The notes under the pieces: model-generated
Database searches by the model: none
Seen by the model: the letters and a program-made list of their open reading frames with translations, nothing else
Told to the model about the DNA's origin: nothing
Shown: in pieces, positions 19,768 through 28,842 of the stretch
How the letters are laid out: each line of letters starts with the position of its first letter
Position numbering within the stretch: the stretch's first letter is position 1
Made by a program: the position numbers and the translations under genes
Origin: a virus
IMG/VR virus record: IMGVR_UViG_3300032285_004073
Coordinates: 64,001 to 128,000 of that record
Direction: 5' to 3' (one strand)
DNA: 64,000 nt

Positions 19768-20512
19768 AATTCTTTTGAATGTCTTCCATATGTTTTAACA
19801 ATTCTTCTTGTGTAACACCTGCTGGGTCATTCTGACCTGGAATATATTGATGGTTATGCATAAAAAATGCATAAGAAATTTGTACACTTTTATCTAAATC
19901 GGGGATATCTTTAAACCCTATTTTTTGAATAGGAGTATTTGATTTTTGTAAACCCTTTTCTATAGATGGGTGATAATGATTAGGAGGATATATACCCTTC
20001 TTTCTCATTTTTAATATATAATCTAAAGTATCTAAATTTTTTGAATTACAATATCTTTCATCAAAATAACCATTATTTTTGATAACTCCGGTATATAAGA
20101 ATATAAATTCATCATTTAATTCCGGAGTAAGATATAAAGTAACACCAGCTTCGTCGTCTTCTACTGGCAAAGATTTAGTTCCTGGTCCCAACATAAACCA
20201 AGTGCCAAAGGTTTCTGCTGTTTTAATAGTATTAGTAAATAGTTCAGGATCTGTTACTACTTGATTAGAATGAATAAGAAACAAAAATTTATAATCTTTG
20301 ATTCTTAATTGAGATATTAACCAATTTTTAAGTGTAGCAAAAGAAACATCCTTATCATAATTTCTACTGTTTTCATTTTTCAAAAATTTATTTTTAGTAT
20401 TTGATACTACAAAAACATTATTTTGCAAATCTTTGGGTATAGAAGAGTAGCAATTTTGCAGATCTTCCGGTGAATATATATCTAGAATACCTATGCCTAT
20501 TTTATCATTCAT
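19745..20512 (-). CDS. Degenerate GT2-like protein (DXD motif lost)
   Basis: Colinear with the two neighbouring GT2 domains (IGIGIL, KNWL, GYFDERY) but has LFLIHSN where they have LFLIEDD/IFLMEDD. Confidence 0.55.
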   Translation of the reverse strand: MNDKIGIGILDIYSPEDLQNCYSSIPKDLQNNVFVVSNTKNKFLKNENSRNYDKDVSFATLKNWLISQLRIKDYKFLFLIHSNQVVTDPELFTNTIKTAETFGTWFMLGPGTKSLPVEDDEAGVTLYLTPELNDEFIFLYTGVIKNNGYFDERYCNSKNLDTLDYILKMRKKGIYPPNHYHPSIEKGLQKSNTPIQKIGFKDIPDLDKSVQISYAFFMHNHQYIPGQNDPAGVTQEELLKHMEDIQKNYAKKNIV

Positions 20513-21561
20513 GTTAATTTATTATAAATTTCGTTAAGATAATTTATTATCTCTGGTTTATGTTGCACTTCAAGAGAAGATACAAAATCTTCTATACTTT
20601 GCAAAATATCTATAGCAGTATATTCTTTAGAGGATTGTGATAAATTATCTAAATCATCTTTAATTTTGTAATCTATACGAAAAAATTTAGGATTTAAATT
20701 TTGTATTTTGCTGGATAATAAAGGCACTTTATCTGAAGATATATTTTCATCTATAATAAAGCTTACCATATTATTAGGAACATTATTTTTTAAATAATAA
20801 GCATCTTGAGTACCATTCTGTAATTGACTTAAATTAATTTTAATATGTTTGGGTGATATATTATTTTCAAAAAAATTGATTTCTTCGGTTTCTAAATTAA
20901 GAATATACACACCTCTCTCATCACCTACATCACCAAAATTTTGCTGATAGGGGCTACCTACGTAATAAATTTTACCTTTATCATATTTTCTTAATTCTCT
21001 TTTATGAAAATGACCTGATAAAACAAATGGTGCTTTGTCTAATAAAGAACATGATTCAACGCCATGATCACAAACCTTAAAAGAATTCATATAAAATGAA
21101 TTAATTTCAAAATGACCAAAACAGATATCACTAACAGGAATATCTGTTATATCTGTTCCCCATGGAATTAAAGAAATAGTCTTGTTACAGCCTTTAATTA
21201 ATAAAGGTTCTTTGTCAACAATGATTATGTTATTCCAACCACTAAGCATGTTAATAGAATTAACATCTGAGCGATCTTTATAATAACAATCATGGTTACC
21301 TGTAGAAATAAAAATACGAAAATCTTTTAAAATAGTAAAGAATTCTTTAGCAATGGTTAAGGTATTGACTGATATTTCATTGCGATTATGAAATATATCA
21401 CCAGGTATGATAATATCATTAATGCCTTTAGAAATATAAAGGTCTCTTACCCAGGTAGCAAATTCCAAAACACACTTATGCCAAATAGAACTATCTTGAC
21501 CTAAGCCAATATGAACATCAGAAAATATTCCTATTTCCTTACTCTTTATATTATACTTCAT
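20509..21561 (-). CDS. gp47: Recombination endonuclease nuclease subunit (T4 gp47, SbcD/Mre11-like)
   Basis: SDVHIG, GDIFHNR, GNHD, GHFE, SGHFH, GSPYQ. Confidence 0.93.
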   Translation of the reverse strand: MKYNIKSKEIGIFSDVHIGLGQDSSIWHKCVLEFATWVRDLYISKGINDIIIPGDIFHNRNEISVNTLTIAKEFFTILKDFRIFISTGNHDCYYKDRSDVNSINMLSGWNNIIIVDKEPLLIKGCNKTISLIPWGTDITDIPVSDICFGHFEINSFYMNSFKVCDHGVESCSLLDKAPFVLSGHFHKRELRKYDKGKIYYVGSPYQQNFGDVGDERGVYILNLETEEINFFENNISPKHIKINLSQLQNGTQDAYYLKNNVPNNMVSFIIDENISSDKVPLLSSKIQNLNPKFFRIDYKIKDDLDNLSQSSKEYTAIDILQSIEDFVSSLEVQHKPEIINYLNEIYNKLT

Positions 21562-22257
21562 TTACTCCCTATTTTTTTCTTTCATTATTTTGATCTGATT
21601 GTTTTTCATTAAATTGTTATAATTTTCAGACATCATCATAACTTCTGCTTGATACTTTTCATGAGTATCTCTCATATGTTTTTCTTTTTTAATACGGTTT
21701 CTAAAAGCATTAAAAGCTATACGAGTAAAATAAGAAAATGGATTTGTTCCCTTGTCTCTATCATATTTTTTTGACATTAAAGCTTTAAACATTCTTATAA
21801 TACCATCTCCCACCATCTCTTCTCTGTAGGTGTAATTAATAAAATTAGGTGCATAACTAAGTTTATGAGAAATTTTACTGACCATTTCCGCTAAATCATT
21901 AGACATAATTCCGGAGTCATAATATCTAACAATTTCATCATCAAAATGCTTAGGATCTACATAGAATTTTTCTTTGTCTGCAGGTTTCTTCCCTCTTTTC
22001 TTTTTAACAGGTTCTTCTGGAACCACAATAGCTTTGATAATTTCTTCTGCTGGAATTTCATCTATGTTTTCCAGCTCTTCAATTTCCTCTTCGTCTATAT
22101 CCGTGTCATCTTCTAAATATCCTATATTTTCACCATCTTCATCGATAATATCATCTTCCATAGATAAACCGAGATGCTCGGCTTCTTCTTCTGAATAATT
22201 GATATTGTCATCATTGTCTAATAATTTTTTACGATAATTCTTTTTCCGTGTATTCAT
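21562..22257 (-). CDS. gp55: Late-transcription sigma factor (T4 gp55-like) with acidic N-terminal extension
   Basis: YVDPKHF, LSYAPNFINYTYREEM, NPFSYFTRIAFNAFRNRIKKEK. Confidence 0.9.
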   Translation of the reverse strand: MNTRKKNYRKKLLDNDDNINYSEEEAEHLGLSMEDDIIDEDGENIGYLEDDTDIDEEEIEELENIDEIPAEEIIKAIVVPEEPVKKKRGKKPADKEKFYVDPKHFDDEIVRYYDSGIMSNDLAEMVSKISHKLSYAPNFINYTYREEMVGDGIIRMFKALMSKKYDRDKGTNPFSYFTRIAFNAFRNRIKKEKHMRDTHEKYQAEVMMMSENYNNLMKNNQIKIMKEKNRE

Positions 22258-23653
22258 ATTTTTCTAAAGTATAAAGTTTTTTTCTTTCCGATAAGTGTAT
22301 TTTACCATATTTTGTATTATCTGCAATATCAAATATAGTGGCTATTTTTTTTGTAGGGTGTAAACGTAAAGCTCTGCCTATAGATTGCATAATTTTAATT
22401 TTAGCCTTTCCTGCTGATGCAAAAATAATATTATGAAGGTTAGGAATATTGATTCCTGTACTAAATATCTTTGAGACGGCAATGACAATAACGTCGTTTC
22501 TATTATCCATCAATGATCTTATTCTTTCCCTTTCCTGTATATCCGTTAACCCTTGTATAAAATAGATAGGTCTAGAAGTATCACAAACTCTTCTAAGTTC
22601 TCTTTCTATGGATTCTCCGTGAAGAATTCTATCAACCATAATAAGGGTGTTTTGATTTAACTTGTTAGCCAGGTTGGATATAATATTATTGCGCCTTGCA
22701 TGCCCCATTAAGAATTCCAATTCTTGTTGATAAGCTAGAGCTGGAGTTTCACTAGAAACTCTTAAAGAAGGTAAGGACTCATGTTTAATATTGAGTATTA
22801 TTATTTTAAAATTAGAGACATAAGTTTGTTTCTTTAAATCATCCGTCTTCTGTTCATAGGTAATGGGTCCTAATTTGCCGACAATGTTCCATTGATCTAT
22901 CTCAGATGATGGCATAGTTCCTGTAAAACCAAATTTATAAGGTGTATCTATAAAGTTTAAAATTTTATTAAGTTTATTACCCCTCTTTAAAGAATGAGCT
23001 TCATCCATTAACAAAATTTTAACATCAGCTAATTTAGATAAATCTGAACTTTCACTTAATAAAATCTGTGTACCTGCTACTATTACGGTAGCTGTTGGAT
23101 CTGGTTTATTATTTCCAGACCATTTAGTAACATTTTTTAATCCATAAGAAGTAAAATCATTTGCCGTCTGTTCTACCAATTGAAGTGAAGGTACGGTAAC
23201 TAACACTAAAGCATTAGGATCATTTAAATTTTCTCTCAGACTTTCAATAAGAGTCGCACAAATTAATGTTTTACCACCAGCAGTAGGAATTAAGGTCACA
23301 CCTCTTCCTTGTTTTATTGCTGATATAACAGATTTTTCCTGATAATCTCTTAATTGTAAATTTAAAGATTTTATTTTTGGGTTACCAAAACCAGGATTAA
23401 ATTCTTTTTTAATATTATTATCTAATTCATATTCATAATGATTTAATTCTACAAATTCTAAAACATCTCTAAAAAGTCCTATATCAAATTTTCCAGATGG
23501 GGTTATGCAATAAAGTCTTGGTTGCATAAAGGGCACGTTTTTTCTATACGCTGGATTGGCTATAGAAAACTTCTCCCTTATCAAAGAGATACTTTTTAGA
23601 TCTCCTTGAATCTGAACTTGTTTATTTTTACTTGTTAAACTAAAAGATAACAA
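22229..23653 (-). CDS. uvsW: SF2 DNA helicase UvsW
   Basis: LRDYQ, PTAGGKT, DEAH, GFTGT, FSTGINIPNLH, QSIGRALR. Confidence 0.93.
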   Translation of the reverse strand: MLSFSLTSKNKQVQIQGDLKSISLIREKFSIANPAYRKNVPFMQPRLYCITPSGKFDIGLFRDVLEFVELNHYEYELDNNIKKEFNPGFGNPKIKSLNLQLRDYQEKSVISAIKQGRGVTLIPTAGGKTLICATLIESLRENLNDPNALVLVTVPSLQLVEQTANDFTSYGLKNVTKWSGNNKPDPTATVIVAGTQILLSESSDLSKLADVKILLMDEAHSLKRGNKLNKILNFIDTPYKFGFTGTMPSSEIDQWNIVGKLGPITYEQKTDDLKKQTYVSNFKIIILNIKHESLPSLRVSSETPALAYQQELEFLMGHARRNNIISNLANKLNQNTLIMVDRILHGESIERELRRVCDTSRPIYFIQGLTDIQERERIRSLMDNRNDVIVIAVSKIFSTGINIPNLHNIIFASAGKAKIKIMQSIGRALRLHPTKKIATIFDIADNTKYGKIHLSERKKLYTLEKYEYTEKELS

Positions 23654-24052
23654 TTAGGTAGTCTCCAATTTATTAATTTCTATGATATTTTTTAAATCAT
23701 AAGTCATACTTCTAAAGATAGACTCCACTTTTTCCAAGTAGACTATAGCAATTTCTGTATCTTGTATTTCTTCTTCTATGTCTAAAAGAGATTTAGTATT
23801 TTCAATTTTTTTATCTAAAGAAGATTTAGGTATTCCGGGAGGTATACCGTCTTTTTCTAAAGTAGCTATTACTGCTGCTCTAATAGTTTTCTTTTTTCTA
23901 TTAAGGTTATTAAGATGTCTCTTAGAATCTATAAGACGAGCCACCCATTTATGTTTAATAGCTGGTAATTGTAATTGTTTTTGTAATAGATTTAATTCAT
24001 CTACTTGAGTATCTATTTCTAATTCTTCTTTGAATTTATCAATTATAACCAT
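23654..24052 (-). CDS. uvsY: Recombination mediator UvsY-like
   Basis: Adjacent to uvsW; DELNL...LP..KHKW, YLEKV..IF.SMTYDLKNIIE. ATG at 24052 is preferred over TTG at 24064. Confidence 0.75.
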   Translation of the reverse strand: MVIIDKFKEELEIDTQVDELNLLQKQLQLPAIKHKWVARLIDSKRHLNNLNRKKKTIRAAVIATLEKDGIPPGIPKSSLDKKIENTKSLLDIEEEIQDTEIAIVYLEKVESIFRSMTYDLKNIIEINKLETT

Positions 24053-24064
24053 AAATATAAGCAA

Positions 24065-24092
24065 ATTATAATATATGTCAAGTAAATTTCAA
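24065..24092 (-). promoter_or_regulatory. Sigma70-like promoter TTGAAA-N16-TATAAT heading the uvsY-uvsW-55-47-glycan operon
   Basis: Read directly; 12 nt upstream of ATG 24052. Confidence 0.7.
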
Positions 24093-24320
24093 CAAATAGT
24101 AGAAAAAATATTAGAAAATATGAACAGTGCTGCACCTGGTGGGTCTTTAGGCACTCCACAACAAGCTATATATAATCCTCCTTCTAATATAGATTCAGGT
24201 GATACTTATGCACCTAACAATGCTATAAATGTTTTTGGATATTCCGGTGTAACTAAAAGGAAAAAACCAGAATTATTAGCTTTAGGGAAGTCTAAAAAGA
24301 GACCTAAAAAGAAAAAATAA
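24075..24320 (+). CDS. Small hypothetical protein, possible internal head protein
   Basis: Begins MSSKFQQIVEKILE; basic C-terminus; TAAATA at 24052-24057 upstream. Confidence 0.6.
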   Translation: MSSKFQQIVEKILENMNSAAPGGSLGTPQQAIYNPPSNIDSGDTYAPNNAINVFGYSGVTKRKKPELLALGKSKKRPKKKK

Positions 24321-24754
24321 TGGATACTGGACATTGGATTTTAGAAGAAGGTATACAAATAAAAGAAGATACCTTCGGATTTATATATGAGATAACTAAT
24401 ACAGTTACTAATAAAAAATATATAGGTAAAAAACAATGCATTTCTCGCTTTAAACGCAAACCCTTAAAGGGTAAAAAGAATAAACGTATAGATTACAAAG
24501 AATCTGATTGGAGAAAATATACAAGTTCTTCTAATGAGTTAAATGCTGATATAGAAAAATATGGCAAAGATAAATTTATTTTTAAAATATTGAGAGCTTG
24601 TGGTTCTAAATGGGAAAATGCTTATTTTGAAATAAGGGAACAATTAGAACGTAATGTATTATTAAGAGATGATTATTATAATGGAATTATCAATGTAAGA
24701 ATAGGCACTCCTCCAAAAGAAATTAAGACAAAGTTCTTATCTGAGGTTAAGTAG
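24320..24754 (+). CDS. GIY-YIG nuclease-domain protein
   Basis: GFIYEITNTVTNKKYIGKK, YTSSS, YYN. Confidence 0.85.
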   Translation: MDTGHWILEEGIQIKEDTFGFIYEITNTVTNKKYIGKKQCISRFKRKPLKGKKNKRIDYKESDWRKYTSSSNELNADIEKYGKDKFIFKILRACGSKWENAYFEIREQLERNVLLRDDYYNGIINVRIGTPPKEIKTKFLSEVK

Positions 24755-24758
24755 TAAA

Positions 24759-25316
24759 ATGGCTAGAACTGAATGTATATATTGTGGATCTTCAACCTAC
24801 GGAAGACCTTGTATTTTTTCCCCTACTAATACTCATGTTCATATGGATGAACCTGGTAAATGTATTTATTGTGGATCTCAATATCAAGGTGGCGGATGTA
24901 TATGGAACCCTTACGGCAAAAATCATGTAAAGGGGCCAGAATATCTTAATAGAGCTGTGGTAAAAACCGAAAAAGCTATTGTTTTAAATTATGTTTTAAA
25001 TAAAATAAAAACACCTTTAGTTGAAGAATCTTATATATCCCCTTTAGATAGATTTTATAAAAGAATAATAGGCATAATGGCTAATGTAGCTGAACCTTTA
25101 TTAGAAGCTCTTTCTTTAAATAATACATCTGCTTATTCAAAGATATCTAAGACAGAGATGATTAAAGCTGTAGAATTTAAACAAAAATTGAAAACCCAGC
25201 TTTTAGAGATGACCAAGACCTTACACGAAGCAGAATTGCAATTACCACCAGAAATAGTAGAAGAATATCTAATTGAGGCTATAATAGATAGCCAAGATGA
25301 CAAATATAAGGATTAA
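24759..25316 (+). CDS. Hypothetical protein with two CX2CX8CX7-8H motifs
   Basis: CIYCGSSTYGRPCIFSPTNTH and CIYCGSQYQGGGCIWNPYGKNH. Confidence 0.75.
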   Translation: MARTECIYCGSSTYGRPCIFSPTNTHVHMDEPGKCIYCGSQYQGGGCIWNPYGKNHVKGPEYLNRAVVKTEKAIVLNYVLNKIKTPLVEESYISPLDRFYKRIIGIMANVAEPLLEALSLNNTSAYSKISKTEMIKAVEFKQKLKTQLLEMTKTLHEAELQLPPEIVEEYLIEAIIDSQDDKYKD

Positions 25317-25773
25317 AGATTATTTGGTGTATTATATGCATCAAAGGGTTATTATTTTCCCTATTCAAGAATACCAAGATATTTTAATTAGTAAAATTAT
25401 AAAAAATTTTATTGAGTGGGGTTTATTAGAAAATAAACAAATTACCTGTAAAGAAAAATATTTTAAATATTTTTTAGAAAAAGAATTAGATTCTATTTTA
25501 GATACTTTTAGAATGATGTTTTCTGATTTAAATATTAAAATATTAACAATTTATAAAGACAAAGAAATGTCTTTAGACTATCAATCTTTTTTTGTAACAC
25601 CAACAGATTTTAATAAAGCCTTGACAAAATCTTTGAAGAAAAAGACAAAATATTTTAAGCATGTAAAAAAAGATAACTTGTTGTTTATCAACACTCAAGG
25701 TGCATTTAAAGGGATAAAAATAGGCAATCCGAACGGAGAAGAAATAGAATTTTTACAAAAAGCCCTTGCATAA
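25297..25773 (+). CDS. Hypothetical protein
   Basis: 158-aa ORF overlapping the previous gene. Confidence 0.65.
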   Translation: MTNIRIKDYLVYYMHQRVIIFPIQEYQDILISKIIKNFIEWGLLENKQITCKEKYFKYFLEKELDSILDTFRMMFSDLNIKILTIYKDKEMSLDYQSFFVTPTDFNKALTKSLKKKTKYFKHVKKDNLLFINTQGAFKGIKIGNPNGEEIEFLQKALA

Positions 25774-25861
25774 TTGAATTCAAGAAGTAATTAGAGAGAA
25801 GACTCGGTACCTCTTCTATAAAAAAACTTACTCTTTATACCCAGAATCATAAGTATAAAAA

Positions 25862-26341
25862 ATGTATTATCCTAATAACTCGCTTAGTGATGAATTAACA
25901 AATAATAAAGATTCTTTTACTATAAAAGCTAAGCCTTTTTTAAAAAATGCTACACCATTAACGATTAATTCTTCGTATAATAATGTATCATCTTGCAATT
26001 TGACGGTGTATGGGAAAAATTTCTTTTCATTAAATAATGTATATATTAGTGCATCTAATAGTAATATGTTAGATAATGTTACATTATTTAACCCTTTTTC
26101 ATCTTTTAATAATTTATACCCAAATAATCCCCCTTTTCATGCTCAGGTAATTCCATCTTTTACACAGATAGATAATATAATACAATTTTATCTACCTAAT
26201 ATACATCATACTGGCTTTTTAGATATCATTATACAAAATGACGCTGGATATGCATTGTTAACAAGAGATTGTAAAAATTTAAGCTTAAGTTCTAATAACC
26301 CCTTTTTATTACTTTGTTTATCTGGTATACGAATCATTTAA
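25862..26341 (+). CDS. Asn-rich putative virion protein, IPT/TIG Ig-like
   Basis: LTVYGKNF and DIIIQNDAG patterns typical of IPT/TIG domains; TAAGTA 6 nt upstream. Confidence 0.5.
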   Translation: MYYPNNSLSDELTNNKDSFTIKAKPFLKNATPLTINSSYNNVSSCNLTVYGKNFFSLNNVYISASNSNMLDNVTLFNPFSSFNNLYPNNPPFHAQVIPSFTQIDNIIQFYLPNIHHTGFLDIIIQNDAGYALLTRDCKNLSLSSNNPFLLLCLSGIRII

Positions 26342-26343
26342 AG

Positions 26344-26371
26344 GTGATTTATTTTTAAATTGTATTAAGTT
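26344..26371 (+). promoter_or_regulatory. Sigma70-like promoter GTGATT-N16-TAAGTT heading the second glycan arm
   Basis: 6 nt upstream of ATG 26378. Confidence 0.45.
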
Positions 26372-26377
26372 AGATTA

Positions 26378-27331
26378 ATGTCTGACAAATACGTAATTTT
26401 TCATATTGATGGTGGTTGTGGTAAAAATATTGTTGCTACATCTATAATAAAATCGATTAAACAAGCTTATCCGGACCATAAACTTATAGTAGTTACTGCT
26501 TGGCCTGAAGTTTTTGTTCATAATCCTAATATTTTTAGGGTTTATAAATTTGGAATGATTCCTTATTTTTATGATGATTATATAAAAGATAAAGAATCAG
26601 TTATACTGAGAACCGAACCATATCATACAGGTGCTGTATTATATGGAACTAAATCCTTGGCAGAAGCTTGGTGTGATGTTTTTAGTATAGATGGTGTAAA
26701 AATTCCTTTTATAAATAACAAACCAGAAATTTATCTTTCAGAAAGAGAATTATTATTTGCTCAAAACAATTTACAAAAGGACGGACCTGTTTTATTGGTG
26801 CAATCAAGTGGTGGAGCTGAACAGCAAAGCCATCCTTATTCCTGGTCAAGGGATTTGCCGCCTCAATTTGCAGCTGAAATAGTAAATGATATTAAAGATA
26901 ATTTTTCTAAAATACTTCATATCAGAAGAGATAATCAACCCGAGATACCAGGTACTATTAAAATAACGGATAATTTTAGAAATCTTTTTTGTTATATAGC
27001 TTTATCTGATAAATTTCTCTGCATAGATTCTTTTACTCAACATGCAGCAGCAGCTTTTAATAAAAAAGCCACAGTAGGATGGATATCTAATTCACCCACG
27101 GTATTTGGATATGATATTCATGATAATATTTTAGCTACAGGAACAGAATCTTTCCGCCACCGTATTGATTCGTATTTAGAACAAGATGATTGGACCGGAG
27201 GAAGATTTCATGAATGTCCTTATGATAATATTAATAATCTCTTTGATAAAGAAAAGTTTATTGAATCTATCTTAGGATCTAAGAATGAATTATTGTTTGA
27301 TGCAAATCCAAATTCAACATTTAATTTTTAA
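26378..27331 (+). CDS. GT9 (heptosyltransferase)-like glycosyltransferase
   Basis: IDGGCGKNIV, SIKQAYPDHKLIV, VFVHNP, IDSFTQHAAAAFNKKA. Confidence 0.7.
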   Translation: MSDKYVIFHIDGGCGKNIVATSIIKSIKQAYPDHKLIVVTAWPEVFVHNPNIFRVYKFGMIPYFYDDYIKDKESVILRTEPYHTGAVLYGTKSLAEAWCDVFSIDGVKIPFINNKPEIYLSERELLFAQNNLQKDGPVLLVQSSGGAEQQSHPYSWSRDLPPQFAAEIVNDIKDNFSKILHIRRDNQPEIPGTIKITDNFRNLFCYIALSDKFLCIDSFTQHAAAAFNKKATVGWISNSPTVFGYDIHDNILATGTESFRHRIDSYLEQDDWTGGRFHECPYDNINNLFDKEKFIESILGSKNELLFDANPNSTFNF

Positions 27332-27337
27332 TCTTAT

Positions 27338-28015
27338 ATGATATCATATTTAGGAAATGATAAAGATCCTAATCATCTTTATCAGGAAGATTTGGGTAAA
27401 CAATTATATAATGAAATAATAACTTTAGATTCATATTATTTAAGAGAATTTTTTAAAAATGATAATAGAGAAATTAATACTATTATAGATATAGGAGCAA
27501 ATATAGGTTACTATACATTATTAGCATCTATTTTATATCCCTATGCTAATAAAATCTTACTAGAACCGAATCCGGAAAATGTAAAAGTATTAAATGCTAA
27601 TTTCAAAGATTTCCAAAATATAAACATTATACCGAAAGCTTTAGGTGACAAGTCCAAGGTCAGTATGAAATTTGATCAAAGATGGAGTGGTTCTGATAGC
27701 GTTGTCAACGACATAAACGGTAATATAGATACTATAGAATTTAAAGATATTATACCACGTAATATTGGAAATTTTATATTAAAAGTAGATTGTGAAGGTG
27801 GTGAAAAATTTTTATTAAAGTCGGATCCTAGTTTTTTTAAAAACTGCGTTTATTTTACTTGTGAATTTCATGAAAATGAATATAATAATATTACAGAATG
27901 GGAGCACTGGTTAAAAAATACCTTTGCGTTCAATTACAATGTAATCAAAAAACCGCTTGGTAGGGATATGAATAATAATTTATATCTTTATTACGCTTAC
28001 AAAAAAACAAAATGA
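27338..28015 (+). CDS. FkbM-family methyltransferase
   Basis: IIDIGANIGY, LEPNPEN, LKVDCEGGE, CEFH. Confidence 0.88.
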   Translation: MISYLGNDKDPNHLYQEDLGKQLYNEIITLDSYYLREFFKNDNREINTIIDIGANIGYYTLLASILYPYANKILLEPNPENVKVLNANFKDFQNINIIPKALGDKSKVSMKFDQRWSGSDSVVNDINGNIDTIEFKDIIPRNIGNFILKVDCEGGEKFLLKSDPSFFKNCVYFTCEFHENEYNNITEWEHWLKNTFAFNYNVIKKPLGRDMNNNLYLYYAYKKTK

Positions 28016-28836
28016 AAAACATATTTTTTAATTCCTCAATGCCTCGTAGTATGAGTACATTATTTCAATGTATTCTCAATCAACATCCAGAAATTCAAGC
28101 AACACAAACCGATCCAGTTTTAGAATATCTGTATGGGGCTAGAATAAATTATACAGATACCCCAGAAGCTAAGGCCATGGATAGAGACCTTGCTTTAAGG
28201 ACATGGAGAGGGTTTTGTCTCGGTGGACTAAATGGATATGCGGAAGCCTATACAGATAAGCCCAATCTTTGTATTAAAACTCGAGGAGGCACTATTCACT
28301 ATAAATGGTTTGAAGCCTTTTTGCCTTATAAACCAAAAATGATTTGTTTAGTAAGGAATTTAAAAAGTATTTTTGCATCTATGGAAAAGATCTATAGAAG
28401 AAATCAAGAATTCCATCAATCAATTCAAAATCATTCTGAAATGAGAGGTACCAACACAGCAAAAAGAATTGATACCTGGATTGCAGGACCACCTCTTGGA
28501 CTTGCCTTGGAAAGACTTCAACAGACCTTTTTAGAAGGTATTAATAAAGATGTTCATTATATAAGAGCTGAAGATTTAACAAGCTATCCACAAAAAGAAA
28601 TGGATAAGGTTTATCAATATTTGGGTATTGAGTCATTTAAACATGACTTTGATAATGTTGAGCAGACCGTTAAAGAGGATGATTCAGTTTATGGTTTAAC
28701 ACCAGATTTACATACTATTAGACAAAAGGTTCAACCTCTAACACCAGATTATAATACTATCTTAGGTAAGCAAGTATGTGATTGGATTGATAATAACTTT
28801 GCCTGGTATCAGCAAGGATTTGGCTATACAAAATAA
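28012..28836 (+). CDS. Sulfotransferase
   Basis: 5'-PSB-like SSMPRSMSTL, 3'-PB-like LVRNLKSIFAS, IRAEDL...P..EMDKVYQYLG. Confidence 0.8.
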   Translation: MKNIFFNSSMPRSMSTLFQCILNQHPEIQATQTDPVLEYLYGARINYTDTPEAKAMDRDLALRTWRGFCLGGLNGYAEAYTDKPNLCIKTRGGTIHYKWFEAFLPYKPKMICLVRNLKSIFASMEKIYRRNQEFHQSIQNHSEMRGTNTAKRIDTWIAGPPLGLALERLQQTFLEGINKDVHYIRAEDLTSYPQKEMDKVYQYLGIESFKHDFDNVEQTVKEDDSVYGLTPDLHTIRQKVQPLTPDYNTILGKQVCDWIDNNFAWYQQGFGYTK

Positions 28837-28842
28837 TGAGAT

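Noticed and set aside
2401-23000. Short plus-strand ORFs inside pol, GT, queE, gp46, gp55 and the glycan genes (for example 2401, 4889, 5835, 8736, 13812, 21974)
   Set aside because: They are fully antisense to well-supported genes, with no motifs or promoters.
24320-24754. Mobile homing endonuclease or intron associated with the GIY-YIG gene
   Set aside because: The protein is short, lacks obvious C-terminal DNA-binding repeats, is coupled to its neighbours and interrupts no gene; it is treated as a resident nuclease-domain gene.
25795-25826. Possible terminator AGAAGA-9 nt-TCTTCT followed by an A-run
   Set aside because: The stem is weak (6 bp) and the U-tract would lie on the strand with no incoming gene.
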